Source: an uncultured Fibrobacteria bacterium (lineage in GTDB: Bacteria > Fibrobacterota > Fibrobacteria > UBA11236). From it: a DNA stretch of 64,000 bases. The position numbers were made by a program, and so were the translations under genes. Every line of letters starts with the position of its first letter. Position 1 is the first letter of the stretch. Where the stretch lies: assembly GCA_963716395.1 (NCBI GenBank), contig OY970309.1, forward strand, positions 3,392,001 through 3,456,000, written 5' to 3'. Below the pieces are notes generated by a model. It was not told the origin of the DNA, made no database searches, and saw only the letters and a list, made by a program, of their open reading frames with translations. Shown here piece after piece: positions 37,633-46,326 of this stretch.

Positions 37633-39120
37633 TCAATTCATCTCCGGTTCGGCCCAACCTTTGGCGCGGGCCACGGCGCGTGTCCAGCCCCGGAACAAAG
37701 CGGTGCGTTCACGCGCGGCCATGCGCGGCCGAAAGCGGTGGCTGGGAAAATGCAACCGACGAAATTCGGCCCACGACAGCGCCCCGGCGCCCAAGGCGGC
37801 CAACAGGGCGGCGCCCAGGGCCGTCACTTCGGGGTTATCGCTGACTTCGATTTCGGCGCCCAGTATATCGGCCTGAAACTGCATGAGAAAGCGGTTGTGG
37901 CTGCCGCCGCCGTCGACCCGCAAGCACCCTGCCCGCTTGACGCCAAAGGCGCGCACAAGCTCACAGGTTTGATAGGCGATGGCTTCGAGCGCCGCGCGGG
38001 CCAGGTGAGCCCGGGTGGTTCCGCGCGTCAACCCCAGGATGGCGCCGCGCGCCGAGGCGTCCCAATGCGGCGTGCCCAATCCGGCAAAGGCGGGCACGAA
38101 ATACACGCCGTCGTTGCCTGCAAGACTTTGCGCCAGGGCTTCGGAGTCGCCGGCCTGGGCGATCAGGCCGAGGCCGTCACGCAAAAACTGCAGGGCGGCG
38201 CCGGCCACCAAGACCGCGCCTTCGTGGGCATAGGTCGTTCGACCGCCCAAGCGCCAGGCCACCGTGCCGAGCAGACCCCGGGGCGGAGCCGCGCAGCGGT
38301 TTCCCACATTGCGCAGCAGAAAACATCCCGTACCGTAGGTATTCTTGGCGTTACCGGGTCGAAAGCAGCGGTGGCCGAATAGGGCCGCCTGTTGATCGCC
38401 CGCGATGCCGTGGATTTTCACGCCGCGCAGGAGGGGCCAGGCCACGGCACCGAAGTCGGCGTTGGAATCGAGCACTTCGGGTAGGGCGCCGCGCGGCACG
38501 CCGAAGCGGCGCAGCAGGACGGCATCCCAATCCAAGGAGCGCAGGTTGAACAGCAAGGTGCGCGAGGCGTTTCCTGCTTCAGTAACATGCCGGTTCCCCT
38601 CGGTAAGACGGTACACCAGAAAACTGTCGAGGGTCCCGAAGGCTAGGCGCCCGGCCTTGCCCGCGGCGCGCACGGCGTCGTTGTGGCGCAGCAGCCATTC
38701 GGCCTTGGTGCCCGAGAAATAGGGGTCGAGCAACAACCCGGTGCGACGGCGCACATCGGCTTCCAGGCCGCGCGCCCGCAACTGCGCGCAGCGATCGGCG
38801 GTGCGGCGATCCTGCCAGACGATGGCCCGGCCCAGCGGCCGGCCCGTGGATTTGTCCCAGGCCGCCCAGGTTTCGCGCTGGTTGGTGATGCCCAGGGCGA
38901 TCACTTGCGCCGGACGCAACGATTGACGGCGGATCAGCGTTTCGAGAACCCCGCTCTGCACCTCCCAAATCTCATCGAGATCGTGCTCCACCCAACCGGG
39001 ATGGGGAAAATGCTGGGTGAATTCGCGCTGTTCCATGTCGACGCGTTCAAGACGGCGGTTGAACAACACGGCGCGGCAACTGGTGGTGCCTTGATCCAAG
39101 GCCAGAATGAAATCCGACAT
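37633..39120 (-). CDS. glpK: Glycerol kinase
   Basis: ALDQGTTSCRA, GITNQRET, AIVWQDRRT, DPYFSGTK, GDQQAALFG, KNTYGTGCF, VDGG. Confidence 0.96.
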   Translation of the reverse strand: MSDFILALDQGTTSCRAVLFNRRLERVDMEQREFTQHFPHPGWVEHDLDEIWEVQSGVLETLIRRQSLRPAQVIALGITNQRETWAAWDKSTGRPLGRAIVWQDRRTADRCAQLRARGLEADVRRRTGLLLDPYFSGTKAEWLLRHNDAVRAAGKAGRLAFGTLDSFLVYRLTEGNRHVTEAGNASRTLLFNLRSLDWDAVLLRRFGVPRGALPEVLDSNADFGAVAWPLLRGVKIHGIAGDQQAALFGHRCFRPGNAKNTYGTGCFLLRNVGNRCAAPPRGLLGTVAWRLGGRTTYAHEGAVLVAGAALQFLRDGLGLIAQAGDSEALAQSLAGNDGVYFVPAFAGLGTPHWDASARGAILGLTRGTTRAHLARAALEAIAYQTCELVRAFGVKRAGCLRVDGGGSHNRFLMQFQADILGAEIEVSDNPEVTALGAALLAALGAGALSWAEFRRLHFPSHRFRPRMAARERTALFRGWTRAVARAKGWAEPEMN

Positions 39121-39210
39121 CCGGTTACCTCTCAGAATCGGTCCATCTGCGGCGGAAAAAGCCGAGCTAGGGCCGGGCGAAACTGCCGGGCGAAGAGGCC
39201 GCCGTGGGCT

Positions 39211-39744
39211 TCACCGGCTCCGACGCCGCGTGGCCCGAAATACGGCCAGACCCACCATGGCCAATACCAGCACGGCGGCCAAGCCATAAATTGCGCCCAG
39301 GGGCCGTTTGAACACCGCGGTGAAAACGATGGCGAAGAGCAGAACGGTTGCGGCTTCATTCCAGAGCCGCAAAGCGGGGATCGACCAGCGGCAACGCCCC
39401 TGTGCGAATTCGCGCCGTAGCCGGCCGCAAAAACCGTGGTAGGCAAGCAGCACCGCGACCAAAGCCAGTTTGACGTGGAACCAGGGCTGGGTCCAGGCAT
39501 GCAGCAACACCATGAGCCATAAGCCGAAGGCCACGGTGCCGATCATGGCCGGAGTGACAATGGCCCGCCACAGGCGCTTTTCCATCAAGGCGTATTGCGG
39601 CGCAAGCACCGCGCGTTCAGACTCGGGGCGTTGCAGGGCTTCGGCGTGGTAAATGAACAAGCGCGCGAGATAAAACATGCCGGCGAACCAGCTTATCACC
39701 GAGACGAGATGCAGGGATTTGGCCCAGGAATAGGCGTCGGTCAT
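39211..39744 (-). CDS. hemJ: Protoporphyrinogen IX oxidase HemJ
   Basis: KSLHLVSVISWFAGMFYLARLFIYH, MEKRLW, WFHVKL, RLWNE; ATG at 39744. Confidence 0.9.
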   Translation of the reverse strand: MTDAYSWAKSLHLVSVISWFAGMFYLARLFIYHAEALQRPESERAVLAPQYALMEKRLWRAIVTPAMIGTVAFGLWLMVLLHAWTQPWFHVKLALVAVLLAYHGFCGRLRREFAQGRCRWSIPALRLWNEAATVLLFAIVFTAVFKRPLGAIYGLAAVLVLAMVGLAVFRATRRRSR

Positions 39745-39812
39745 GGGTGGCAAAAATAATCGCTTGCACCTTGGCGCCGGAATCTGTCTGGGCAGGTGGA
39801 TGCGCATCGGCC

Positions 39813-39973
39813 GGTTCGGCGTCCCTCGACGGGCTCGGGAACCGGGCTCACCGACCAAGGAACCGGCCGGTGCCATCAGGCGGACTCAGGACGCGGCGGA
39901 TGCCCTTCGACGAGCTCAGGGCACGGCAGGTGACTCAGGATTCGGCGGGTGAGCTTGTCGAACCAGTCGAACC
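39813..39973. repeat. REP/MITE-like palindromic repeat cluster (core TCGAC-RR-GCTC)
   Basis: gtccctcgacgggctcgggaacc, tgcccttcgacgagctcagggca and the inverted ggtgagcttgtcgaacc. Positions 39813-39900 match 56651-56734 in reverse. Confidence 0.7.
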
Positions 39974-39977
39974 AGGC

Positions 39978-40187
39978 CTACCCTTTAATCACAAAGGGCA
40001 GTACCAATAGGACGCCGCAGCAGGCCAGCAAAGCAAGCAGGTTGCCGATGAAATAAGGCACGATGCACAAGGCCGCCCCGCTGGCCATGGCCAGGTAACG
40101 TCCCTGTTTCTTACCGTAAACGAAATAGCCGGTCCCCAATGCCCCCAGAATGACGCCTGCGAACAAAGAGGACGCGTTCATGTTCAT
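39978..40187 (-). CDS. Small membrane protein (69 aa)
   Basis: Hydrophobic; GILGALGTGYFVYGKKQ-type segment (GVILGALGTGYFVYGKKQ) ... LCIVPYFI. Confidence 0.75.
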   Translation of the reverse strand: MNMNASSLFAGVILGALGTGYFVYGKKQGRYLAMASGAALCIVPYFIGNLLALLACCGVLLVLPFVIKG

Positions 40188-40243
40188 GAAAAACCTGCTG
40201 CCCTCATTTTACCACGAAGGCGCGGCGAAGTCCCGCGCGTGCC

Positions 40244-40813
40244 TCAGGAATGGACGGGCGTTTCCGGCATCTTGGATTTCCCGCCATGGTCCTCATCGTT
40301 GTCGCCGCCCCATTGCTGGCGCATGCGCGCATAGGCCGCCGAGTCTATATGGGAAAATTGATCCATGAAGGCCGTGATGGCCCAGATTTCATGATCGGTA
40401 TGGGTGGGTTGAAAGGCCGGCATGCCCGTCATCTTAATGCCGTGCTTGATGATCCAAAAGGTTTCGGCTTCTTCGCCTCCACCCCCGTGCCCGCCCCAGA
40501 GCCGCGGCGCATGAGGATACAAACCCCGCGCGAATTCCTCGGGCTTGACGCCCGGCGCGCCGTGGCAGGTAACGCACATCTCGTTATAATGACCGAATCC
40601 CAAACGGATCAGAGCCGAGTCCTGCAGATTGGGCACTTGAATGCCGCGGGCATGGCGTTCCACCGAATGATCCACGGTCAGGGAAATCAAGTGACGCACC
40701 GGACCCCAATGCGGCGTGGTGGCGGCGATGTCATACACGCCGGAATACATGAAAATGAAGGCAGCGGCCGCCACCACCACTACCAGCATGACCAATTTCT
40801 TCAACCCTCGCAT
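40244..40813 (-). CDS. Membrane-anchored monoheme c-type cytochrome
   Basis: N-terminal TM, CVTCH heme motif, FWIIKHGIKMTGMPAF (distal Met); GGAAG RBS. Confidence 0.9.
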   Translation of the reverse strand: MRGLKKLVMLVVVVAAAAFIFMYSGVYDIAATTPHWGPVRHLISLTVDHSVERHARGIQVPNLQDSALIRLGFGHYNEMCVTCHGAPGVKPEEFARGLYPHAPRLWGGHGGGGEEAETFWIIKHGIKMTGMPAFQPTHTDHEIWAITAFMDQFSHIDSAAYARMRQQWGGDNDEDHGGKSKMPETPVHS

Positions 40814-40928
40814 CGCTCTTCCTTTCGGTGATTTTGTTTTCCGATTGTTTCGGCACCAGCCAGCAATCTATTAACCCCGGCGCCCCCGACCCCGAATTGT
40901 TTTGCGCTGCGAAATCGCACCGGTTCTA

Positions 40929-41714
40929 CTAGGGCGATGCGGATTTTTCCGCCCGGCCCAGATAGGCAAGCCGCCGAGACGGCGTAAGCACGAAGCGAAA
41001 ATCATGCGGAACCACGCCACGGATCAAAAGCCGAAAGAAGGCGCGGCGGAACACTTGGGGCCGAATCCCGGTCCAGGCGCGCACCGTCATTCCGGCCTGG
41101 TCGCAATATCCCGCCAGTTCGGCGGGGCGGATGAAAAGGCGCGCCACGTGCATGCGCCGGGGCGTGTTGCGCACGAACCATTCCAACCCCTTGATGACGA
41201 TGAGCCAAGAAAGAAAGTTGCGGTTGAAGGTGTGAAAGAAAAACCATCCGCCGGGACGCAAGACGCGGCCGGCTTCGGCCACGGCCGCGACCGGGTCTTC
41301 GACGTGTTCCAGAAAGTCCATGGCGCAAACGATGTCAAATACCCCGTCGCCAAAGGGAAGACGCAAGGCATCGCCTTGATGATACCCGACCGAACCGTCT
41401 CCGCGGGATCGGGCCATACGCAAACTCTCCCAGGAACGATCCAGCCCCTGCACGGCATACCCCAGGTTCGCCAGATGCCGCGTCAGGAATCCCGCACCGC
41501 ACCCGATGTCGAGAATGCGACGTGGAGCGCCGCGCGGCGCGTTTCCCCATTCCCGCAATTGCGCTTCGACCCAGGCCTGTTTGGTGGCACCTTCGGCCCG
41601 CAGCAGGGCCACGGGATCATCCTGGGCCGTGAACCAGCGTTCCCCAAGATGGTCGTAAAAAGCGTTGTTTATCGGTGCCGAGCGGGGAGCCATGCGGTGT
41701 TCCAGTACAGCCAT
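40929..41714 (-). CDS. UbiG-like class I SAM-dependent O-methyltransferase
   Basis: ILDIGCGAGFL, FDIVCAMDFLEHVEDP, RVLRPGG, TFNRN, FIRPAEL. Alternative start at 41693. Confidence 0.88.
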   Translation of the reverse strand: MAVLEHRMAPRSAPINNAFYDHLGERWFTAQDDPVALLRAEGATKQAWVEAQLREWGNAPRGAPRRILDIGCGAGFLTRHLANLGYAVQGLDRSWESLRMARSRGDGSVGYHQGDALRLPFGDGVFDIVCAMDFLEHVEDPVAAVAEAGRVLRPGGWFFFHTFNRNFLSWLIVIKGLEWFVRNTPRRMHVARLFIRPAELAGYCDQAGMTVRAWTGIRPQVFRRAFFRLLIRGVVPHDFRFVLTPSRRLAYLGRAEKSASP

Positions 41715-42127
41715 TGGTAGCCGGCAAATACGGCGGCCAGGACGGATTCCAGCGCCAAGAGGCCCCGACCCGTCTCTCCGCCATTACGCCACAGGGCATA
41801 GACCGCGAAGAGCAAGATCGGATGCAACATAAACAGGCCGGCATGCAGCCAATGCTCGGCCGGTGTGCAGCGGCCGGCATGCACCCATTCGTCCTTGGTC
41901 ACGCACAGGCAGGAAAAAATCGCGGCCAGGGCGTAGAGACGCAACCAAAACCCCTGAGCCGGCGCGGTGAGCGCGAGTCCGAGGCAGAGAAGCACCGACA
42001 GCGTGTCGAGCGGATGTCCGCGGCGTTCCCAGGAGGGCAGGCCGCGACGGCGGTGAAAGACGAATTCATCCACGGCCATTGCCAAGGCCTGCGTGAAAAA
42101 AACCGCTGTCGCGACGCCGAGGGTCAT
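41669..42127 (-). CDS. Small polytopic membrane protein with duplicated DE..H / E...H motifs
   Basis: ATGA overlap with the PKS stop; several TM segments; DEFVFHRRR..WERRGHP and KDEWVH..AEHWLH. Confidence 0.8.
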   Translation of the reverse strand: MTLGVATAVFFTQALAMAVDEFVFHRRRGLPSWERRGHPLDTLSVLLCLGLALTAPAQGFWLRLYALAAIFSCLCVTKDEWVHAGRCTPAEHWLHAGLFMLHPILLFAVYALWRNGGETGRGLLALESVLAAVFAGYQWLYWNTAWLPARHR

Positions 42128-43293
42128 GGGGCGGATCGGCGGCGGCGCATCAGCATTCCATACAAGGTCAGCCCCGGACCGAAGGCCAGGCTGACCACCA
42201 AACCTCCCGGCGGTACCTCGTTGTCGGACAGGAGACGGTCCCAGATATGCGGCAAGGTGGCCGACGACATGTTGCCGCGTTCGAAGAGCACTTGCCGCGA
42301 CGCCGCGAGTTGCCAAGGCTGCAGGCGCAGCCACTCCGCGGTTTTTTCGAGAATGCGCGGTCCGCCCGGATGTACGGCATAAACCGCGTCGCGCAACGCT
42401 GCGCGGGCCACGCCGCAGGCCTCGGCCAAACCGGAAAGAAAGGGATCCAGCGCCTCGGCCAGCCGATCCGGAACCTGCCGCGACAGCGACATGCGCATGC
42501 CGAAGTCGCCGGGAATCCAGCCGATGTCCCCCAAGGAATCCGGCAGCAGCCGTTCGAGAAATCCCAGGAGGGTGAAACCATCTTCCGCGGACGGAAGGCG
42601 GTGCAAACTGTAGCGCGCATAGCCGTCGGCAAACAGCGATTGCACCACCAACTGTTCGGGATCATGGCGCGCAGGATTCAGGTGCAAAGTGCAAACTTCG
42701 GTATGCACCACATCGCAGCGCGCCGTACGCAGGCCGGAGGCGAGATACCCGGCGGCGATGCGCAGCGCCGGCAAGGAAGCCAAGCAGCCCATATGGTAAA
42801 CATGCGTGATTCGGGTGAAAGCACCCCAGCCCCGCCGCATCGCCAACGCTTGCACCGCCGAAGGCGCGGCGTAGCCGGTGCAGGTAACATGCAGTAATTC
42901 CTGCGGCGCGGTGTCTTCGGCGGTATACAGGCCGTCAACGGCGCGGGTGGCGAAGCCGGCAAATGCATGCATACGCGCGCCCATCGGTACCCCTTCGGGA
43001 CGACGGTGCAGGGGGAAAATTTCTTTTTCCTCGAAGCGTTCGTCGAGAAATTCGCCGACATCGCTGCGCCGGAACCCCACAGCCTGGGGCGATGGCCCGA
43101 AGCGGCGGATATGACGTTCCATTTGCCGCCGAAAGGCCGCCCCATCGAAATCCCGATCGCCCCGCAAGGTTTTTTCCGCCCGAGTATGAGCGGCGGCCAG
43201 CCATTGCACGGTTTGTTCATGGCTGCCGTTATGTGCCGGAAGCCGGATACGAAAATCACCCAGGAAAAATCGTGGAGACGTGTTGCTTGGCAT
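42124..43293 (-). CDS. Type III polyketide synthase (chalcone/stilbene synthase family)
   Basis: HVTCTGY, catalytic Cys in HMGCLA, TEVCTLH, LFADG, His in VHPGG, Asn in GNMSSAT, AFGPGLT. Confidence 0.94.
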   Translation of the reverse strand: MPSNTSPRFFLGDFRIRLPAHNGSHEQTVQWLAAAHTRAEKTLRGDRDFDGAAFRRQMERHIRRFGPSPQAVGFRRSDVGEFLDERFEEKEIFPLHRRPEGVPMGARMHAFAGFATRAVDGLYTAEDTAPQELLHVTCTGYAAPSAVQALAMRRGWGAFTRITHVYHMGCLASLPALRIAAGYLASGLRTARCDVVHTEVCTLHLNPARHDPEQLVVQSLFADGYARYSLHRLPSAEDGFTLLGFLERLLPDSLGDIGWIPGDFGMRMSLSRQVPDRLAEALDPFLSGLAEACGVARAALRDAVYAVHPGGPRILEKTAEWLRLQPWQLAASRQVLFERGNMSSATLPHIWDRLLSDNEVPPGGLVVSLAFGPGLTLYGMLMRRRRSAP

Positions 43294-43515
43294 ATCGGTA
43301 TCGCAAAAGCTACCGCGGAGTCTGGCTTTCCGTCGAGCGTATGCTATTTAACAAGTCGGGCGGTCAGGGATGCCATTCATCCCTGCCGCGGAAAATTCCT
43401 TATCAATTTGTGACATCCGGTGTGTGCGAGACTTCGAATTCGCTCCCGGCAAAGGCTTACCGTTGTAAAAGCAGCCGTCGTGCCGTATCCTTTGTTCTCC
43501 GCAATCAAGCATCCC

Positions 43516-44823
43516 ATGCCCATGCCTCCTTCGCCCCGCAAGCGGACCCGCCCATCCGCCGCCTCGAAATTCCCGACTCCGCTGGCACCCCGACCGATCA
43601 ATGGCTATGCGCTGGCCGAGATTGTGCACCGCGAAAGCCTCGATATTCATTTTCAACCTATTGTCTCGCTCAAACGGAAAAATGTTTTGGGTGTCGAGGC
43701 TCTGGCCCGTCCGACCGACCCGGTTTCGGGCCGGCCCGTTCCGCCGGCGGAATTGTTCGCCCAAGCCCTGCACGCAGGCGGCGCCGTGGACTTGGATCGC
43801 CTGTGCCGCCGCAAAGCGCTGCAAGCCTATGCCGCGTTCGCCGGAAATCACGAGAGCGCTCCGTTGCTCTTTCTCAATTTCGAAGCCTCGGTGCTCGACA
43901 AGGGTGTGCTGGGTTCCGGCGCCTTGACCCAGGCTGTGAACGAAGCCGGCTTGGCGCCGCAAGACGTGGTCATCGAAATCAACGAGTCGCGCGTGGGGAA
44001 TCTCGAAGCCCTGATCGGATTCGTCGATACCCATCGGCAGCGTGGCTTTCTCATGGCCCTCGACGATCTCGGCGCCGGATTTTCCAACCTGCCCCGCATC
44101 TTTTTGCTCAAGCCCGACATTCTCAAACTGGATCGCGCCCTGATCCAGGAAATCCACAAGGATTTCCACAAACAGGAAGTATTCCGATCCGTGGTGGGGC
44201 TCGGCCGACGCGTGGGAGCCTTGATCCTGGCGGAAGGCGTGGAAACCGAAGAGGAGCTCTCCACCTGCATGGATTTGGGTGCCGATCTCATCCAGGGATT
44301 TTTCTTCGCCAAACCCACGGCGCTGAGCCAAGTGGGATGGAGCCACCTCGAAAACAACCTCATGCGGTCGGCGTTGCGGTTGCGGCAACGCGCCGTCCAT
44401 CGCCTCAGCCGCAAGCGCGAGGAGTTGGAAAACCGGACCTTGCTGTGGAGGGATTTGGCCGAGCGCCTCGAAGGAAACGATGCAACCGATTTCGAGTCCA
44501 TCCTGCGCCTCTGGGCGCAGGAGGCCCTCGGCGTCGAATGCCTTTACATTCTCGAGGCCTCCGGCATGCAAGTCACGGCCACGGTGTTTACCGGCGACAA
44601 GGTTCCGCATCCGCGCACGCGCCTGTTCCACCCCGCAGAAATCGGTACGGACCATTCCAACAAGGAGTACTTCTACGCGCTCGTCGACGCCGGCCAGGAT
44701 CGCTTCATGACCGATACCTATTTGTCGCTGGCTTCGGGAAACCTCTGCCGTACCCTGTCGGGATTTTTCCGGGACGGCTTCGGAAGCCGGTTTCTTTTGT
44801 GCTTGGATGTCGGCCTGGAATAA
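43516..44823 (+). CDS. EAL-domain c-di-GMP phosphodiesterase with C-terminal PAS/Cache-like (YkuI_C-type) domain
   Basis: FQPIV, VEALAR, IEINE, LDDLGAGFSNL, KLDR, AEGVE, QGFFFAKP; C-terminal DHSNKEYF/TYLSLASGNLCRTLS. Start is uncertain (43420-43522). Confidence 0.88.
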   Translation: MPMPPSPRKRTRPSAASKFPTPLAPRPINGYALAEIVHRESLDIHFQPIVSLKRKNVLGVEALARPTDPVSGRPVPPAELFAQALHAGGAVDLDRLCRRKALQAYAAFAGNHESAPLLFLNFEASVLDKGVLGSGALTQAVNEAGLAPQDVVIEINESRVGNLEALIGFVDTHRQRGFLMALDDLGAGFSNLPRIFLLKPDILKLDRALIQEIHKDFHKQEVFRSVVGLGRRVGALILAEGVETEEELSTCMDLGADLIQGFFFAKPTALSQVGWSHLENNLMRSALRLRQRAVHRLSRKREELENRTLLWRDLAERLEGNDATDFESILRLWAQEALGVECLYILEASGMQVTATVFTGDKVPHPRTRLFHPAEIGTDHSNKEYFYALVDAGQDRFMTDTYLSLASGNLCRTLSGFFRDGFGSRFLLCLDVGLE

Positions 44824-44859
44824 TAGCGGGATCTAAGAATACTCGTTTCGCGACAAAAG

Positions 44860-46323
44860 TCACGCCGTCGCTTCGGTCAGCGAGTGGTTTTTGGAAGCCA
44901 AGCGCGAATCACCCGTCAAAAATTCGTCCACGGCCCGGGCGCATTCGCGGCCTTCGGAAATGGCCCACACCACCAAAGACTGGCCGCGCCGCATGTCGCC
45001 GGCCGCGAAAACCCCCTCCACCGAAGTTTGGTAATTCGCGCCGCATTTGACATTGCCGCGTTCGTCTTTTTCCACGCCCAATTCTTCCAGCATGCCCTTG
45101 TGCTCGGGATGCACGAAGCCCATGGCCAGCAGCACCAATTCGGCCGGCATCTCGAATTCGCTGCCGGGGATTTCGGTGAACTTGGGTCCCTGCCATTCCA
45201 GGTGCACGGCCTTGATACCGCGCAGACGGCCCTGTTCGTCTTTGAGGAACTCTTTGGATTGAATGGCCCAATCACGCGCGCAGCCTTCGGCCTGCGAACT
45301 CGACGTCGAGAGCATGCGCGGGCCGGGATGCACGGGCCACGGCGTGTCCGGGGTGCGGGACGCGGGCGGCTTGGGCAAAAGCTCGATTTGCGTCACCGAC
45401 TGGGCGCCGTGCCGGATCGAAGTGCCCACGCAATCCGATCCCGTATCGCCGCCGCCGATCACCACCACGTTTTTGCCCGTGGCTAGAATGCTTTCGGCCT
45501 CGGGAATGGGGTCGCCGGCCACGCGCTTGTTGTTCTGGGTCAGGAATTGCATGGCCGGATAGACGCCCAGCGCGTCACGGCCGGGAATGGGAAGGTCGCG
45601 CGCCAAGGTCGAACCGCCGGCCAGCACGAGGGCGTCGAAATTCTGGCGCAGCTCGGTAACGGGAATGTTAACCCCGACGTTGGCATTCGTTCGGAAGATC
45701 ACGCCTTCGGCCTGCATCACCTGGACGCGGCGCTCCACCACGCGCTTCGACAGCTTGAAGTCGGGAATGCCATAGCGCAAAAGGCCGCCGATGCGATCGG
45801 CGCGCTCGAACACGGTCACGGAATGCCCGGCTTTATTGAGTTGATCGGCGCAGGCCAAGCCCGACGGTCCCGAGCCCACCACCGCCACTTTCTTGCCGGT
45901 GCGCACCGGCGGCGGTTCGGGTTTGATCCAACCCTGCGCAAAAGCGTAGTCGATGATGGAGACTTCGATGCTCTTGATGGCCACGGGCGGTTTGTTGATC
46001 CCCAGTACACAGGCCGATTCGCAGGGCGCCGGGCAAATGCGGCCCGTGAATTCGGGGAAGTTGTTGGTCGACAGCAGGCTTTTGAGCGCAGCCAGCCATT
46101 TGCCGTTGTAGACGTGATCGTTGAAGTCGGGAATGATGTTGCCCAAGGGACAGCCGGTGTGGCAAAAGGGAATGCCGCAATCCATACAGCGCGCGCCCTG
46201 GGTTTCCATCTCCTCTTTGGACAACGACACCACGAATTCTTCGTAGGTATGGATGCGCTCTTCCACCGGCACATATTTCGGCGTCTTGCGTTCGAACTCT
46301 TTGAAGCCGGTAATTTTTCCCAT
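44860..46323 (-). CDS. gltD: Glutamate synthase small subunit
   Basis: [54 protein letters not shown]. Confidence 0.97.
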   Translation of the reverse strand: MGKITGFKEFERKTPKYVPVEERIHTYEEFVVSLSKEEMETQGARCMDCGIPFCHTGCPLGNIIPDFNDHVYNGKWLAALKSLLSTNNFPEFTGRICPAPCESACVLGINKPPVAIKSIEVSIIDYAFAQGWIKPEPPPVRTGKKVAVVGSGPSGLACADQLNKAGHSVTVFERADRIGGLLRYGIPDFKLSKRVVERRVQVMQAEGVIFRTNANVGVNIPVTELRQNFDALVLAGGSTLARDLPIPGRDALGVYPAMQFLTQNNKRVAGDPIPEAESILATGKNVVVIGGGDTGSDCVGTSIRHGAQSVTQIELLPKPPASRTPDTPWPVHPGPRMLSTSSSQAEGCARDWAIQSKEFLKDEQGRLRGIKAVHLEWQGPKFTEIPGSEFEMPAELVLLAMGFVHPEHKGMLEELGVEKDERGNVKCGANYQTSVEGVFAAGDMRRGQSLVVWAISEGRECARAVDEFLTGDSRLASKNHSLTEATA

Positions 46324-46326
46324 GGT

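Noticed and set aside
40929-41714. Calling this gene ubiG of ubiquinone biosynthesis
   Set aside because: No other ubi genes are nearby and it overlaps a type III PKS operon, so a tailoring role is more likely; the symbol is withheld.
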